Positions 22,146 through 34,915 of a stretch of 64,000 bases of DNA are shown here, piece after piece (position 1 is the first letter of the stretch; the number at the start of each line of letters is the position of its first letter). The DNA is taken from the NCBI GenBank assembly GCA_002269645.1, contig NIVC01002315.1:62001-126000 (forward strand). The letters are read 5' to 3'. The notes under the pieces are model-generated. The model was not told where the DNA came from, did not search any database, and worked only from the letters and a program-made list of their open reading frames with translations. This stretch comes from Macrostomum lignano (taxonomy: Eukaryota). A program made the translations under genes and the position numbers.

Positions 22146-24124
22146 TACTCAAACCAACAAAGCTCTCATACAGACACGGGGGAACTGAATCTACTTACGA
22201 TAGTAGCCCAGTCCCGTAACGCCCCAGCTCGCCTTAAACTTGGACTGAGCACTCCAATTCCCCAGTCTTAACTCGGAAACTATAACGATAAGCAAGAAAT
22301 TGTCCAATGCAATACTCGTATCAATACACTGGACGGCTAGGAAATGGCAGAGCTTGGCTTAATTACACAATTAGTCCGGCATCGATGCCTCCGAGGATCG
22401 CGGAGAGAAAAGGATGGAGAGGGGATGCTGCGGGGCAGCAGATAACGAATCAGCCCCTTCCCCCAGCAAATTGAGAGTATAAGCTAACCTGAAAATCTTA
22501 CCTAGAGCGTCGTGACCTCTGCATGACTGCACGGTCATAGCTTCCTTGCCGAGCTCGGCTTCATGTTTGGGATCAATTCTGATTTGGTCTCCGGCAATAT
22601 TTTAGGGACAGTTTTGCCGAGAAAACTTGGTTAGCCAGCTATTTGAAGACACCAGCTCAGGGGTCGGGAGTCTTTGCTCGTTCGTCCCGCTCTTCCCGAC
22701 CGACTCCACTCTCTCTTATCACTTTCGCTTTCGCAGCAGCAATTTCATTCGGCTCCCGGACCCAATCGCCGGTCGGACAGCCAAGTGACGGGGCACCGGG
22801 AGGAAGAGGGGAAAAGCTGGGAAACTTCCGCTAAGAAGTTTTGCGTGGCCAACTGGACCGGGCAGAAAGCTCCCTCAGTGGCAGAAGAATGGCATGGCGG
22901 GGGACAAATCCTGCACCCGAGAGCCCTCCTCCCTGATTTATTCGAACTAGCAGGAGTCCTTTGTGAGTGCACAAAAACCTTATTAACCCTGTTCAACTCT
23001 GCGTTGGATTCATATTTCTCCCTACTCGAGTCGAATCTCATCAGCTTCTCCCGTGCGCTCTCCGCTCGTAAATACTGGCAGGAATTCGATCAACTCAAAC
23101 AACGTGATTGCGTCTTTAATCTATGGCTTTGTTTTTTGCTTTTAGAAGAACAGGGAAAGGGCCCGGTCAAAGTGGAGCCGCTGTTCCATTAGCTTGATTG
23201 CTGTGATAGCCCAGAACTGCGCCAAGTACAGGTGAAAGATGATGAGAAATAATTTTCCTTTCTTCTGGATAAATGTACTAGAAGCAGAAAGACTACTCAA
23301 GCAGAGGCAAGGAGGTTGAAGGAGGTTCAGATTATACCAACGAATAGGGCGAGTAGCTGTCAGTGTTAGTTTCTGAGAAGCATTCGACCCGAATGGCCTT
23401 TTGACCGCTTTCCCGCATTGACTCTTTTGGTTGAAGGCCAACTGGGGTATGTGGCGGAGCTGTGAAGGAGGAGCCCCGGGGTAAGCTGGGCAGAAGGGTA
23501 AATGTCCCCATTTCCCCTCCTGCCCCTTGGAGTTGAGCCGAGAATAAGGAAGAGAAGAGAAATCAGTTTGTGGACGGCACTGGTTCTCAGCTCGATAATG
23601 ACACACCCACACACACACATCCCCCCACACACCCACACACATATATATACAAAAAAGTAGTTGAGGAGGCGCCAACTTTGCCAAATCAATAAGTGCAGAC
23701 AGGAACCGGTGCCAAGTGGAGAATTTGGCGGAGGGCGGGCAGGAAGGATGGTCGGTCACTGCAGGAAGTTCGGCGCAAAACACCGCAGCGTCAGTTCGAG
23801 GGTGAGGGGGGGGAGATTCGAGCGTACGGCCCCGGGACATGCAGGACTATCCTCCATCCTGACCCCCAGTCCGCGCCTCATCACTCAGCCAGCAGCCAGA
23901 AGGGAGGCTTCTTCTCTAGCTGGCCTGCTAGCACAAGTTGGCCGCTGATTGAGAGGCCCGGAGGGGGGCGTTGAGCAGAGATTTTGCAATCAATGAGTGG
24001 CCCATGCAGGCCTGCGCGACTTTAAAACTTTAAATATGCGACCTCGGGGTCTAATAGAACTAGACTGTAGTTTATTCACGATCTACAATATCGACACATT
24101 TTTTGAGACAGCGTGAACTTTCAT

Positions 24125-24470
24125 AATCCTTAGCAGGGCGCTGCTTGGACTCAACCGCAGGGACATCAGGGCGGTGACCAGGGCCTTTCTCGGGTCATGG
24201 ATGTTTTGCCAGGCATCGTCACCACCAGGGGAAATCCGTAGCGAGGAATGCCCTTTCTGCCTCTCCCAGTGTCGAGAATGCGGAGCACTTCATCTGTGAA
24301 TGCCCCGCCTTTACTCAGGACAGGCTCACCTACCTCGGCCCAAACCCGGACCTCTCCGAAGTTTTTAGGCCTGAGAATTTCTGACAGCTCGTCCGCTACG
24401 AAAGGGCTACCGGGCGAGCGATCATCGACCTCGTGGACTCTACAGAGGGGGACAAGTAAGTCAAGAATTT
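24125..24470 (+). mobile_element. Degenerate 3' end of a non-LTR retrotransposon (LINE) ORF2
   Basis: Joining frames across frameshifts and one stop gives RALLGLNRRDIRAVT..GHGCFARH..ECPFC..ENAEHFICECPAF..RLTYLG. This is the C-terminal Cys/His motif region typical of I/LOA/R1-like ORF2. Confidence 0.6.
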
Positions 24471-24995
24471 CTCTAATTAGATTCCGATAGTATAGCTCGT
24501 AGTCAAATTGATTAAAAAATCGAAAGGCTTCCTTTCGATGCTACTTAAAGTAGGAAATAAAGTGCCTGTGCAGAGTATTTCATGGTAGTTGGGACCGCAA
24601 GCGAGGATAGATATTCTCGCTTCGCTGACTCCCTTGAACTGCATTCGCTTTGGCAGGTAGCAGGGCGACCCCCACCGATGCAAGCATGAGAAGCGGGAGG
24701 ATTTCGGCATAAAAGTGACGGCTAATCCGCCTGATCGGAGCTGGACGAATGCTATCCTGAGAGATAATACTAAACCGAGTTTGGATTGGCTTAACGACCG
24801 GCCCCGCTCTTCATCCCGCTTAGATATACAGCGGGGCTAAGTATAGAAGCAGCATCTCTGCAGTGTCCGATCTTAGTTAGTTTTATTATGAATTTCCTCC
24901 TCTAGAAGCAAATTGGCCCTAATCTGTGACCGGTTATTCCGCTTCCTTTGCTCTCTGCCGCTGTTGCTAAAGCCCCTGAGGGGCGGGGCAACCGA

Positions 24996-25194
<199 letters not shown>

Positions 25195-27729
25195 CGGATT
25201 GATCGCCCTGATGCCCTCGGGCCAGCCCTGTGGCAAACGTGCATTGATTTCGCAGAGTATAAGTCACTAATTTGTTGGCACATCGAAATCAAATCAGAAA
25301 TGAACACTCTAGTGCAAAACTGACACTGGCCACAATAATAGCAGCTGCGGAGAGGAATAAAGAGATGAGAGAGCTTAGAGAATGAGAGGTGAGCGCCAGT
25401 GAATGTGTAAAGAGTCACTGCGCCCATCGCTAACGGCTATAGTACTGATCGATGGCCGAACGCTGTTTAGCTATTCACAGCCTCTGGCACAGGCCGCGCA
25501 CGCCTCAATGGACTCAACAAGCTACAGCTTCCCCCCAATGCCCCCTATGCGGAGTTTCTGGAGCGAGAGAGGGGCCCCAGAGAAGAGAGAGGCGCTGCAC
25601 CCCCGGGCTTGACCGCAGTCCCCAGCTGACTGACGGGCCGAGATTCTCTCTCTATCAACTAAATAAATTTTCTATATTATTAGTCCTCCTCTAGCGGTCC
25701 CTGGCCTGAGACCCTCAGCCTGCTGCTAGAATAATGGATTAGAAAGTCATTATATAAAAACACTTTACCGGGTGGTGCCTGAGTCCTAATATGATAGAAA
25801 GGCTGCGGTCAATCCTACTTGTGTGTGTTTTTCAGCAATAAATTTAGCCAAATTTTCTGTTCCCGCCTTGTTGGCTGACGAGGAGAACAGCTGATGAGGC
25901 TGCTGACTCACTGATGGCGAAGCAGCCGGTCTGTTCGCAGAGCCACTGGCAGATTCTTTGTCGGCGCGGCTTCAGCAACTGCCGCCGACATCGACATGAC
26001 GGCTTGAAGCCTCTGCTTCTACCGCCGCACTGCTGCTGATGTTTATGTTGCCGTTGCCCCTGCTGCCGCCTCCTTGATGAGGTTGATGCATTGTCTTTCC
26101 TAGAAACCCAATCTGACTGGCTCGGCCATTCTTACAGCCTTTAAATACGATTTCCTAAGGAGGCTCCGCCAGCTCAGGACAGCCGATGATGCGATAGATA
26201 AAGGAGAATCACCGCCCCCCCCCCCGAGTGTTTTTCCTGGCGTTACTAATCGACTTGACTGCAGACTAGACGAGATGCGGGGGAGCACCATGAAGGAGCG
26301 AGCATACTGGCCTCCGTGCCTCCGCCATCTTGATTGAACATTTGCGCCCCCTTACCCCGGGTGTGTGTCTGTGTGTGTTTGCGCAGCCCGGGCCAAGCTG
26401 GACCCCCTGCTAAGGAAATCTCTCCCTTCTCCCCCCCCCCCTCGGCATCAGAGATCCCCGGATAGGATCAAACAGTCTGGCTACGGATGAGGAGTAGCCA
26501 AAGGGGAAGAGAGGGGTCAAGTCGTTGCCGCCTCGCTTCCCCGATGCCTCGCAATCCCCCCTCCCCGAGTTGATCCATCAATCCCGCACCGATGGACTTA
26601 ACGGTGCGCGGGCCGTGGGGACAGATTTATGTCGTTTTTACTCGCTGCTCTGAGTCCCCCCCCCATCTCTGGATTTTCACTTTCGCAATCTCCAACTAAC
26701 AGTGCTCACTTTCTGACTCTGTGATGGGGTCAGATTTTCTTGCTAGAATTTCAAATCCTTCTCCTTGAAAGGAAGAGGCTTATGAATTGAAGGAAATGAG
26801 GCTTGTGCCGAGGCGAACTTGAACTTTTATACTCGTAAATTCTGTATACAAAAATTGTGAGAACTATGAAACTCGGTTTAACACTGATGGCAGGGCCTTC
26901 ACTGAGAGTTAATTAGCGCACCAGTTTCACAGAGAAACCAGAGCTGAAGGTTGCAACAAAAGACTTCAAGTTTTTTCATGCCGGTGCGGCCTCCAACGTT
27001 TTCGGTCATCTCCAAACTATCAGCTCCTGCCCGGCAGTGCTGGGGCGCCATCAATCACGCTGGACCGCGTCCGATCCGTCTTGTCCCGTCGATCAGTTGC
27101 TAAGCTGGCGAGTTTTGTTTGCACCCGTCTTCATCCGGCCGCCTCCTACCTGCCAGCTGGGACCGGGGGTTACCTGAAGCTGAACACTGGCAGCCATTTT
27201 CCCTCGGCAATGAAATTCTCTTTCCTTTCTTCGATGCTTTCTTTGAATTCGAGAGCCCAGAGACCTAATGGGAGCTGATGAAGCTGTGTTGGGGGGAGAT
27301 GGCTACGGTACTACAGAAGCTAATTATTTTCGAGCTCCCGGGATGGAATTGCAGGTGGCGCGGCCGGGAGATGAAGCTGGGCGACAGGGGGGGAAGAGGT
27401 CGGGGGGAGTCATCCCGCAGCTTCCCAAAGGCTTTTAATTAATCATTTGACGAAATGGTGCTTTGCGATGGGCTTGACGACACCATTAAGAGCAGGTGGC
27501 AGATGAGCGCTGCCTTTGAGTAGCTAGTGCTGTCGGTGCTGCTGTTGCTGCCGCTGCTGCTGCTGTCAGGAGAACAAAATGCATACAAATTGGACTGGAC
27601 TGGGATCGGTTTAATCCGCAACTCTTTCTGGCTCAGTGGTCTGCGGCTGATGCCTCAAAGGCACTGACTGAAATCCCTGTTGCGTTGCTCTGTGATTCTG
27701 ATGCCAGCTGCTGCCTTTGATGCTGCAGC

Positions 27730-28265
27730 TGTGTCTGATGCTGTGTCTGATGCTGTGTGTGTCTGATGCTGTGTCTGATGCTGTGTCTGATGCTGTGTCT
27801 GATGCTGTGTCTGATGCTGTGTGTGTCTGATGCTGTGTCTGATGCTGTGTCTGATGCTGTGTCTGATGCTGTGTCTGATGCTGTGTCTGATGCTGTGTCT
27901 GATGCTGTGTCTGATGCTGTGTCTGATGCTGTGTCTGATGCTGTGTCTGATGCTGTGTCTGATGCTGTGTCTGATGCTGTGTCTGATGCTGTGTCTGATG
28001 CTGTGTCTGATGCTGTGTCTGATGCTGTGTCTGATGCTGTGTCTGATGCTGTGTCTGATGCTGTGTCTGATGCTGTGTCTGATGCTGTGTCTGATGCTGT
28101 GTCTGATGCTGTGTCTGATGCTGTGTCTGATGCTGTGTCTGATGCTGTGTCTGATGCTGTGTCTGATGCTGTGTCTGATGCTGTGTCTGATGCTGTGTCT
28201 GATGCTGTGTCTGATGCTGTGTCTGATGCTGTGTCCGATGCTGTGTCTGATGCTGTGTCCGATGC
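27730..28265. repeat. 12-bp minisatellite TGTGTCTGATGC, array 1
   Basis: Read directly from the sequence. Confidence 0.95.
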
Positions 28266-31004
28266 TGTCTTATGCTGCAGCTGTGTCTTGTTTATAGATC
28301 AAACTTGGTTTGATTTAGGCCGCCACAATGTATTCAACATCTTCAAAAGACAACTTCCCGTTTAGCAACTAAATCTGACAGTAATTTTGTCAATGCCCGG
28401 CCGGGAGGGGCCGCAGTGGATCTGTCTGCACTCTGCCGAATGCGGCTGAAGAGTAATCGCTTGAGCTGAACAATGCTTGCTGCTGCTGCTGCGGCAAGAA
28501 ACTTTTTTGAATTGACTACTCAGGCCAGCCCATCGGTCCGCTCTCATCTCTATCCGGCCGCCGCCTCAGCTCAAGTAGCTCAAGTGCCGCGGCAAAGATG
28601 ATCGCAAATAGATGGGGAATCACGCAGTCATTCAGCCAGGCTGGCGGGAGCGCCCTGTGCAGGGTCCGGGGGTGCGGGACATCAGAGGGTGGGGGAATTG
28701 GCTAAACACAATCGTCACCAGCCGCCTGATCAGGGAATTGGCAAAAAGTAATATAAACTTTTCGGTCGGGATTTTTTCGCGATGGAACTGGGGCCGTTCT
28801 CACTTCACCTCTTCGCACTCTCCCCTCCCTCCACCCCCTCCACTCTCCAGCGTGTTTGTAATTTTCATCGCTACCAAAACCCTCACCGAGCTGGCCTATC
28901 ATCATGGGCAGGCTAAGGGAGTTTGTGTAACAGAATTAGCGCCCCTATGTGTGTGTGCGAGTGTGTACCTAGGCTACCTAAGCCGGCTGAGTCCGCTCTC
29001 CATTCCGCTCCTGTAATTTCAGCACATTCTTCGCTGGCAGAGACTCTGCATTGGATAACCTCGTTAGGCCGGACGGCGCTGCGGCACCCCGGCCCGCTGA
29101 GTGGCCTCCCAACTGCATGGGATCTGCAGGCGGATCCAGCAAACGGAAGCCGCTGCTCTCCCCCGCCCACCTCGACCCGCACCCCCCTATCAAACTCCTT
29201 CCCTACCTCTGCCGTCTTCTTCTTCTCCACCTTCTTCTTCTTCATCATCGTCTTCTGCTTTTGCTACCGATGCGCTTCTTTTGCAATACGCGGCTAAAGA
29301 AATAACTCTACACTTTGCACAGCCAACCAGCGGCCGCTCCTCTTCTTCTTGAACAGAGCTTCAGCCTTTCCTGGCTTAGCTGCTGCTTGAAGCTCATTAA
29401 TTTAATTTTACTAATTGCAACCCCAGCCGGTCGGGGCCTCCCTGCTCCTTCCAGGCGCGCTTTGAAATCTTGTACGCGCTCGCGGCAAAAAAAGCAGCCC
29501 TCTCCCGCCATCCTGGAAGATGCCACAGCTTCTCAGCGCGCTTCTTGGCCAGCTATGGCTGCGCTCTCCTGCCGACTTGCTCTCATCATCCATTTTCAAT
29601 TGTATCCGAAAGCCACCAAGGCAGCGTTTCTGCTTGGCTGCAGAGCCGGTTGTAAATTTAACGGGAAGGGGGGGTTGTAGCAGCCATTGTAACGCACTAG
29701 CGGGACAAGATGCAGTTTGGCTCAACCGTCTTCGACTAAGGTTATTGGGCAAATGAATGGGTCTGGCAGGGGTCGCTTCTTACACCTTCATCGATTCATC
29801 AAAATTATTCTCGTTTCATTCTTTTTTCAGGGCACTGCTAATAAAGTAAATTGAAACATTGCTTTACTTGGCTTAGAGGCAAAACATTTCCTTTTTTGTT
29901 AATCCAGCCGGCTTCTGACTTGCTGCCTATCTCTCTGATCGTTACGTTTTTCTGCTTGTCCAAGGAGACGGCTGAATCTAACGGATGAGGATAGGTTGCT
30001 GCTAGGGCGATCGATAGATGCGGCAGAGGAGGAGGAAGGTCCAGCAACATCTCTGGTGTGTTTGGCTTCAGCTTCCGGCTCGAGATGAGTGGCTTGGATT
30101 GTCTTCCCAGCACTCCTGGGGGGCGCTCCATCTCTCTCTCGACGGGGAGGGCATTACACCGGATGGAGACAGACAAGTCAGCGACAGAGAACTCCTAGGA
30201 GCATGAGCTGAGAGAGGGAAAGTAGGGGGTGGAGGTAAAGACTCGCTCGGTTCAGTGGGAATCTGAAGGGGGAGGGGGGCAGGAGACCCCCCTAATAGCG
30301 AAGGATTTCCAATTTCTAACCGGAAGTTTCATTTCTCAAGGTCACCCCCTGACTGCTTGCGGACCCTCCTGTCCTCCTACTATCTGCCTCAGCCTGACGG
30401 GATGGCCGAAGGAAGCGGGAGGCCCCCCTTCTTTCCCGTTCGATCTCAGCCTCAGACTGACAGAATTTCCTGCCTCTGCCCCGCCTAGAGGGATGTCTCG
30501 CCATCTCCCTCTCCCTCTCTCTTCTTTTTCTTCCGTAACGGCAATGCGGCTCCAAGTCGGGTTTAAAAGGGAGGCAGAGGCAGCCGGGGTTCAAGGAACT
30601 AAAAAAGAAAGTGCAAGCGAGCGCCTCCGAGAATCTCCAGCCTGATGCAGGCGAGGAGGTCATGGAAAATCTGGGGAAAAAGGCCCGGCAACCCCCTTCC
30701 CCCCGGTAGCCTTTTTGTCGCCTAGAGTTTGACTAACTGTGCATTAGCGGGTGAGTTTAATGGAAGCTTTGAGCAGTCTTAAGACCGGATAATGGACTCA
30801 GGGGTTCTTTTAAAACTAGACAACTGGATAAAGCTAGTTTTGATCGGTTCAAAAACTCTGGATGAACACTTTGCTTTCTTCCTACACATTATGGAAGGAG
30901 TGGGAACAATAGGGGGCATTGGAACAATGGGAAGCTTGACGCTGAAACGCCTGAAGAACTCCTGGCTCTGTCATTGAAAAGTTCACACTGAGTCTGATGC
31001 TGAG

Positions 31005-32385
31005 CTGATGCTGTGTCCGATGCTGTGTCTGATGCTGTGTCTGATGCTACAGCTGTGTCCGATGCTGTGTCTGATGCTGTGTCTGATGCTGTGTCTGATG
31101 CTACAGCTGTGTCCGATGCTGTGTCTGATGCTGTGTCTGATGCTGTGTCTGATGCTACAGCTGTGTCCGATGCTGTGTCTGATGCTGTGTCTGATGCTGT
31201 GTCTGATGCTGTGTCTGATGCTGTGTCTGATGCTGTGTCTGATGCTGTGTCTGATGCTGTGTCCGATGCTGTGTCTGATGTTGTGTCTGATGCTACAGCT
31301 GTGTCTGATGCTGTGTCTGATGCTGTGTCTGATGCTGTGTCTGATGCTGTGTCCGATGCTGTGTCTGATGCTGTGTCTGATGCTGTGTCTGATGCTGTGT
31401 CTGATGCTGTGTCTGATGCTGTGTCTGATGCTGTGTCTGATGCTGTGTCTGATGCTGTGTCTGATGTTGTGTCCGATGCTGTGTCTGATGTTGTGTCTGA
31501 TGCTACAGCTGTGTCCGATGCTGTGTCTGATGCTGTGTCCGATGCTGTGTCTGATGCTGTGTCTGATGCTGTGTCTGATGCTGTGTCTGATGCTGTGTCT
31601 GATGCTGTGTCTGATGCTGTGTCTGATGCTGTGTCTGATGCTGTGTCTGATGCTGTGTCTGATGCTGTGTCTGATGCTGTGTCTGATGCTGTGTCTGATG
31701 CTGTGTCTGATGCTGTGTCTGATGCTGTGTCTGATGCTGTGTCTGATGCTGTGTCTGATGCTGTGTCTGATGCTGTGTCTGATGCTGTGTCTGATGCTGT
31801 GTCTGATGCTGTGTCTGATGCTGTGTCTGATGCTGTGTCTGATGCTGTGTCTGATGCTGTGTCTGATGCTGTGTCTGATGCTGTGTCTGATGCTGTGTCT
31901 GATGCTGTGTCTGATGCTGTGTCTGATGCTGTGTCTGATGCTGTGTCTGATGCTGTGTCTGATGCTGTGTCTGATGCTGTGTCTGATGCTGTGTCTGATG
32001 CTGTGTCTGATGCTGTGTCTGATGTTGTGTCCGATGCTGTGTCTGATGTTGTGTCTGATGCTACAGCTGTGTCCGATGCTGTGTCTGATGCTGTGTCCGA
32101 TGCTGTGTCTGATGCTGTGTCTGATGCTGTGTCTGATGCTGTGTCTGATGCTGTGTCTGATGCTGTGTCTGATGCTGTGTCTGATGCTGTGTCTGATGCT
32201 GTGTCTGATGCTGTGTCTGATGCTGTGTCTGATGCTGTGTCTGATGCTGTGTCTGATGCTGTGTCTGATGCTGTGTCTGATGCTGTGTCTGATGCTGTGT
32301 CTGATGCTGTGTCTGATGCTGTGTCTGATGCTGTGTCTGATGCTGTGTCTGATGCTGTATCTGATTGCTACAGCTGTGTCTGATG
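31005..32385. repeat. 12-bp minisatellite TGTGTCTGATGC, array 2, with 18-bp variant units (GATGCTACAGCTGTGTC-type)
   Basis: Read directly; produces the artefactual ORFs at 30983-32512. Confidence 0.95.
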
Positions 32386-33294
32386 CTTCGCCCTCTCTTT
32401 CCAGCTCACCAGCAGCTATCGGATGAAAGCAGCAGGTGAGTCGCACCTGCCTCCCCTCGTCCCAAAGTGTATCAAAAGCCGTCCGTCCCCAGTCCAGATT
32501 CCGGACCGCCAACCAAGGCTGGCTACAGCTTGGCTGATACTCGCTTTGAGCTCTGACAGAGACCCGAAGTATTGTTAATAGCTGTCTCGCTAATCTCGTC
32601 TCTGCCTCTCCCCTCTCCCTCTCTCAGCCCGATCCTCGCTGCAGATTAGAGAGCGATTATTTGATTTTTTCTCTTTTTCGAACCCGCAGGCAAGGCCCGT
32701 GTAGCGAGAGAGAGAGAGATTACAGAGACAGAAGCAAGGATTCTCCGCAACAAGGCAGTTTGCGATTCGAGCAAATGCAACGTGAGAGTCAAGCGCACGA
32801 CGGAAGGTAGGAAATTCCTAAACGGACGGGGAGAAAGGCTGTGTCCGTGTTTATGTCCTATAATTCACCTGCTTGTTTATTCCTCTCATCAGGAATGGTC
32901 TCATTGGCATCGGTGCAGAACTCAATGCAATGCAGGCCTTTGCGCTCTCACTGTTTACAAAAGAGAGATAAAGAGCAGCTTCTGTACTGAAAGCCGATTT
33001 TCCGGAAGCCGGAGCTCCGCGCAGGCTGCCAGAGTGCGCTCTTGACGGCGCCCGGCGCAGCTTTGACGGCGATTGAGGGCGGGGGCCCTCGATGCGACCC
33101 CGTTTAGAATAAAACAGAAGGTCACCATTGCAACCAAATGCTTTCGCGCATTCTTTTGGCAAGATCAGCATTAGCTGGACTATTAGCTAGTCAGCACAGT
33201 GAGCTTTGCTGAAATCTGATTTGTTGAGCTGAGAGGTCCCGCTCTGCACTCTTCTTTAATACAGAATAAGCTGTGTGCAGCACTGGTCTGGCTC

Positions 33295-34915
33295 TGCCTG
33301 TCCGTCTGTGGGAATGGGGCCTGTCTGTTTGTCGGAATGGGACCTGTCTGTCTGTCTGTCTGTGGGAATGGGGCCTGTCTGTTTGTCGGAATGGGACCTG
33401 TCTGTCTGTCTGTCTGTGGGAATGGGGCCTGTCTGTTTGTCGGAATGGGACCTGTCTGTCTGTCTGTCTGTCTGTGGGAATGGGGCCTGTCTGTCTGTTT
33501 GTTTGTCGGAATGGGACCTGTCTGTCTGTCTGTCTGTGGAAATGGGGCCTGTCTGTCTGTTTGTTTGTCGGAATGGGACCTGTCTGTCTGTCTGTCTGTG
33601 GGAATGGGGCCTGTCTGTTTGTCGGAATGGGACCTGTCTGTCTGTCTGTCTGTGGGAATGGGGCCTGTCTGTTTGTCGGAATGGGACCTGTCTGTCTGTC
33701 TGTCTGTGGGAATGGGGCCTGTCTGTTTGTCGGAATGGGACCTGTCTGTCTGTCTGTCTGTGGGAATGGGGCCTGTCTGTTTGTCGGAATGGGACCTGTC
33801 TGTCTGTCTGTCTGTGGGAATGGGGCCTGTCTGTTTGTCGGAATGGGACCTGTCTGTCTGTCTGTCTGTGGGAATGGGGCCTGTCTGTTTGTCGGAATGG
33901 GACCTGTCTGTCTGTCTGTCTGTCTGTGGGAATGGGGCCTGTCTGTCTGTTTGTTTGTCGGAATGGGACCTGTCTGTCTGTCTGTCTGTGGAAATGGGGC
34001 CTGTCTGTCTGTTTGTTTGTCGGAATGGGACCTGTCTGTCTGTCTGTCTGTGGGAATGGGGCCTGTCTGTCTGTTTGTTTGTCGGAATGGGACCTGTCTG
34101 ACTGTCTGTCTGTGGAAATGGGGCCTGTCTGTCTGTCTGTCGGAATGGGACCTGTCTGTCTGTCTGTCTGTGGGAATGGGGCCTGTCTGTCTGTTTGTCG
34201 GAATGGGACCTGTCTGTCTGTCTGTCTGTGGGAATGGGGCCTGTCTGTCTGTTTGTCGGAATGGGACCTGTCTGTCTGTCTGTCTGTCTGTGGAAATGGG
34301 GCCTGTCTGTCTGTCTGTCGGAATGGGACCTGTCTGTCTGTCTGTCTGTGGAAATGGGGCCTGTCTGTCTGTTTGTCGGAATGGGACCTGTCTGTCTGTC
34401 TGTCTGTCTGTGGGAATAGGGCCTGTCTGTCTGTTTGTTTGTCGGAATGGGACCTGTCTGTCTGTCTGTCTGTGGAAATGGGGCCTGTCTGTCTGTTTGT
34501 TTGTCGGAATGGGACCTGTCTGACTGTCTGTCTGTGGAAATGGGGCCTGTCTGTCTGTTTGTTTGTCGGAATGGGACCTGTCTGACTGTCTGTCTGTGGA
34601 AATGGGGCCTGTCTGTCTGTTTGTTTGTCGGAATGGGACCTGTCTGACTGTCTGTCTGTGGAAATGGGGCCTGTCTGTCTGTTTGTTTGTCGGAATGGGA
34701 CCTGTCTGACTGTCTGTCTGTGGAAATGGGGCCTGTCTGTCTGTTTGTCGGAATGGGGCCTGTCTGTCTGTCTGTCTGTCTGTGGGAATGGGGCCTGTCT
34801 GTCTGTCTGTCTGTGGGAGTGGGGTCTGTCTGCCTGTCCGTCTGTGGGAAAGGGGGCTTTCTGCCTGCTCGTCTGTGGGAATGGATCTGTCTGTCTGTCT
34901 GTCTGTCCGTCTGTG
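33295..34915. repeat. Compound repeat: (TCTG)n alternating with TGGGAATGGGGCC and CGGAATGGGACC cores
   Basis: Read directly from the sequence. Confidence 0.95.

Noticed and set aside
25891-25930. CTGATGAG followed by a hairpin, resembling a hammerhead ribozyme
   Set aside because: The required GAAA after stem II is absent.
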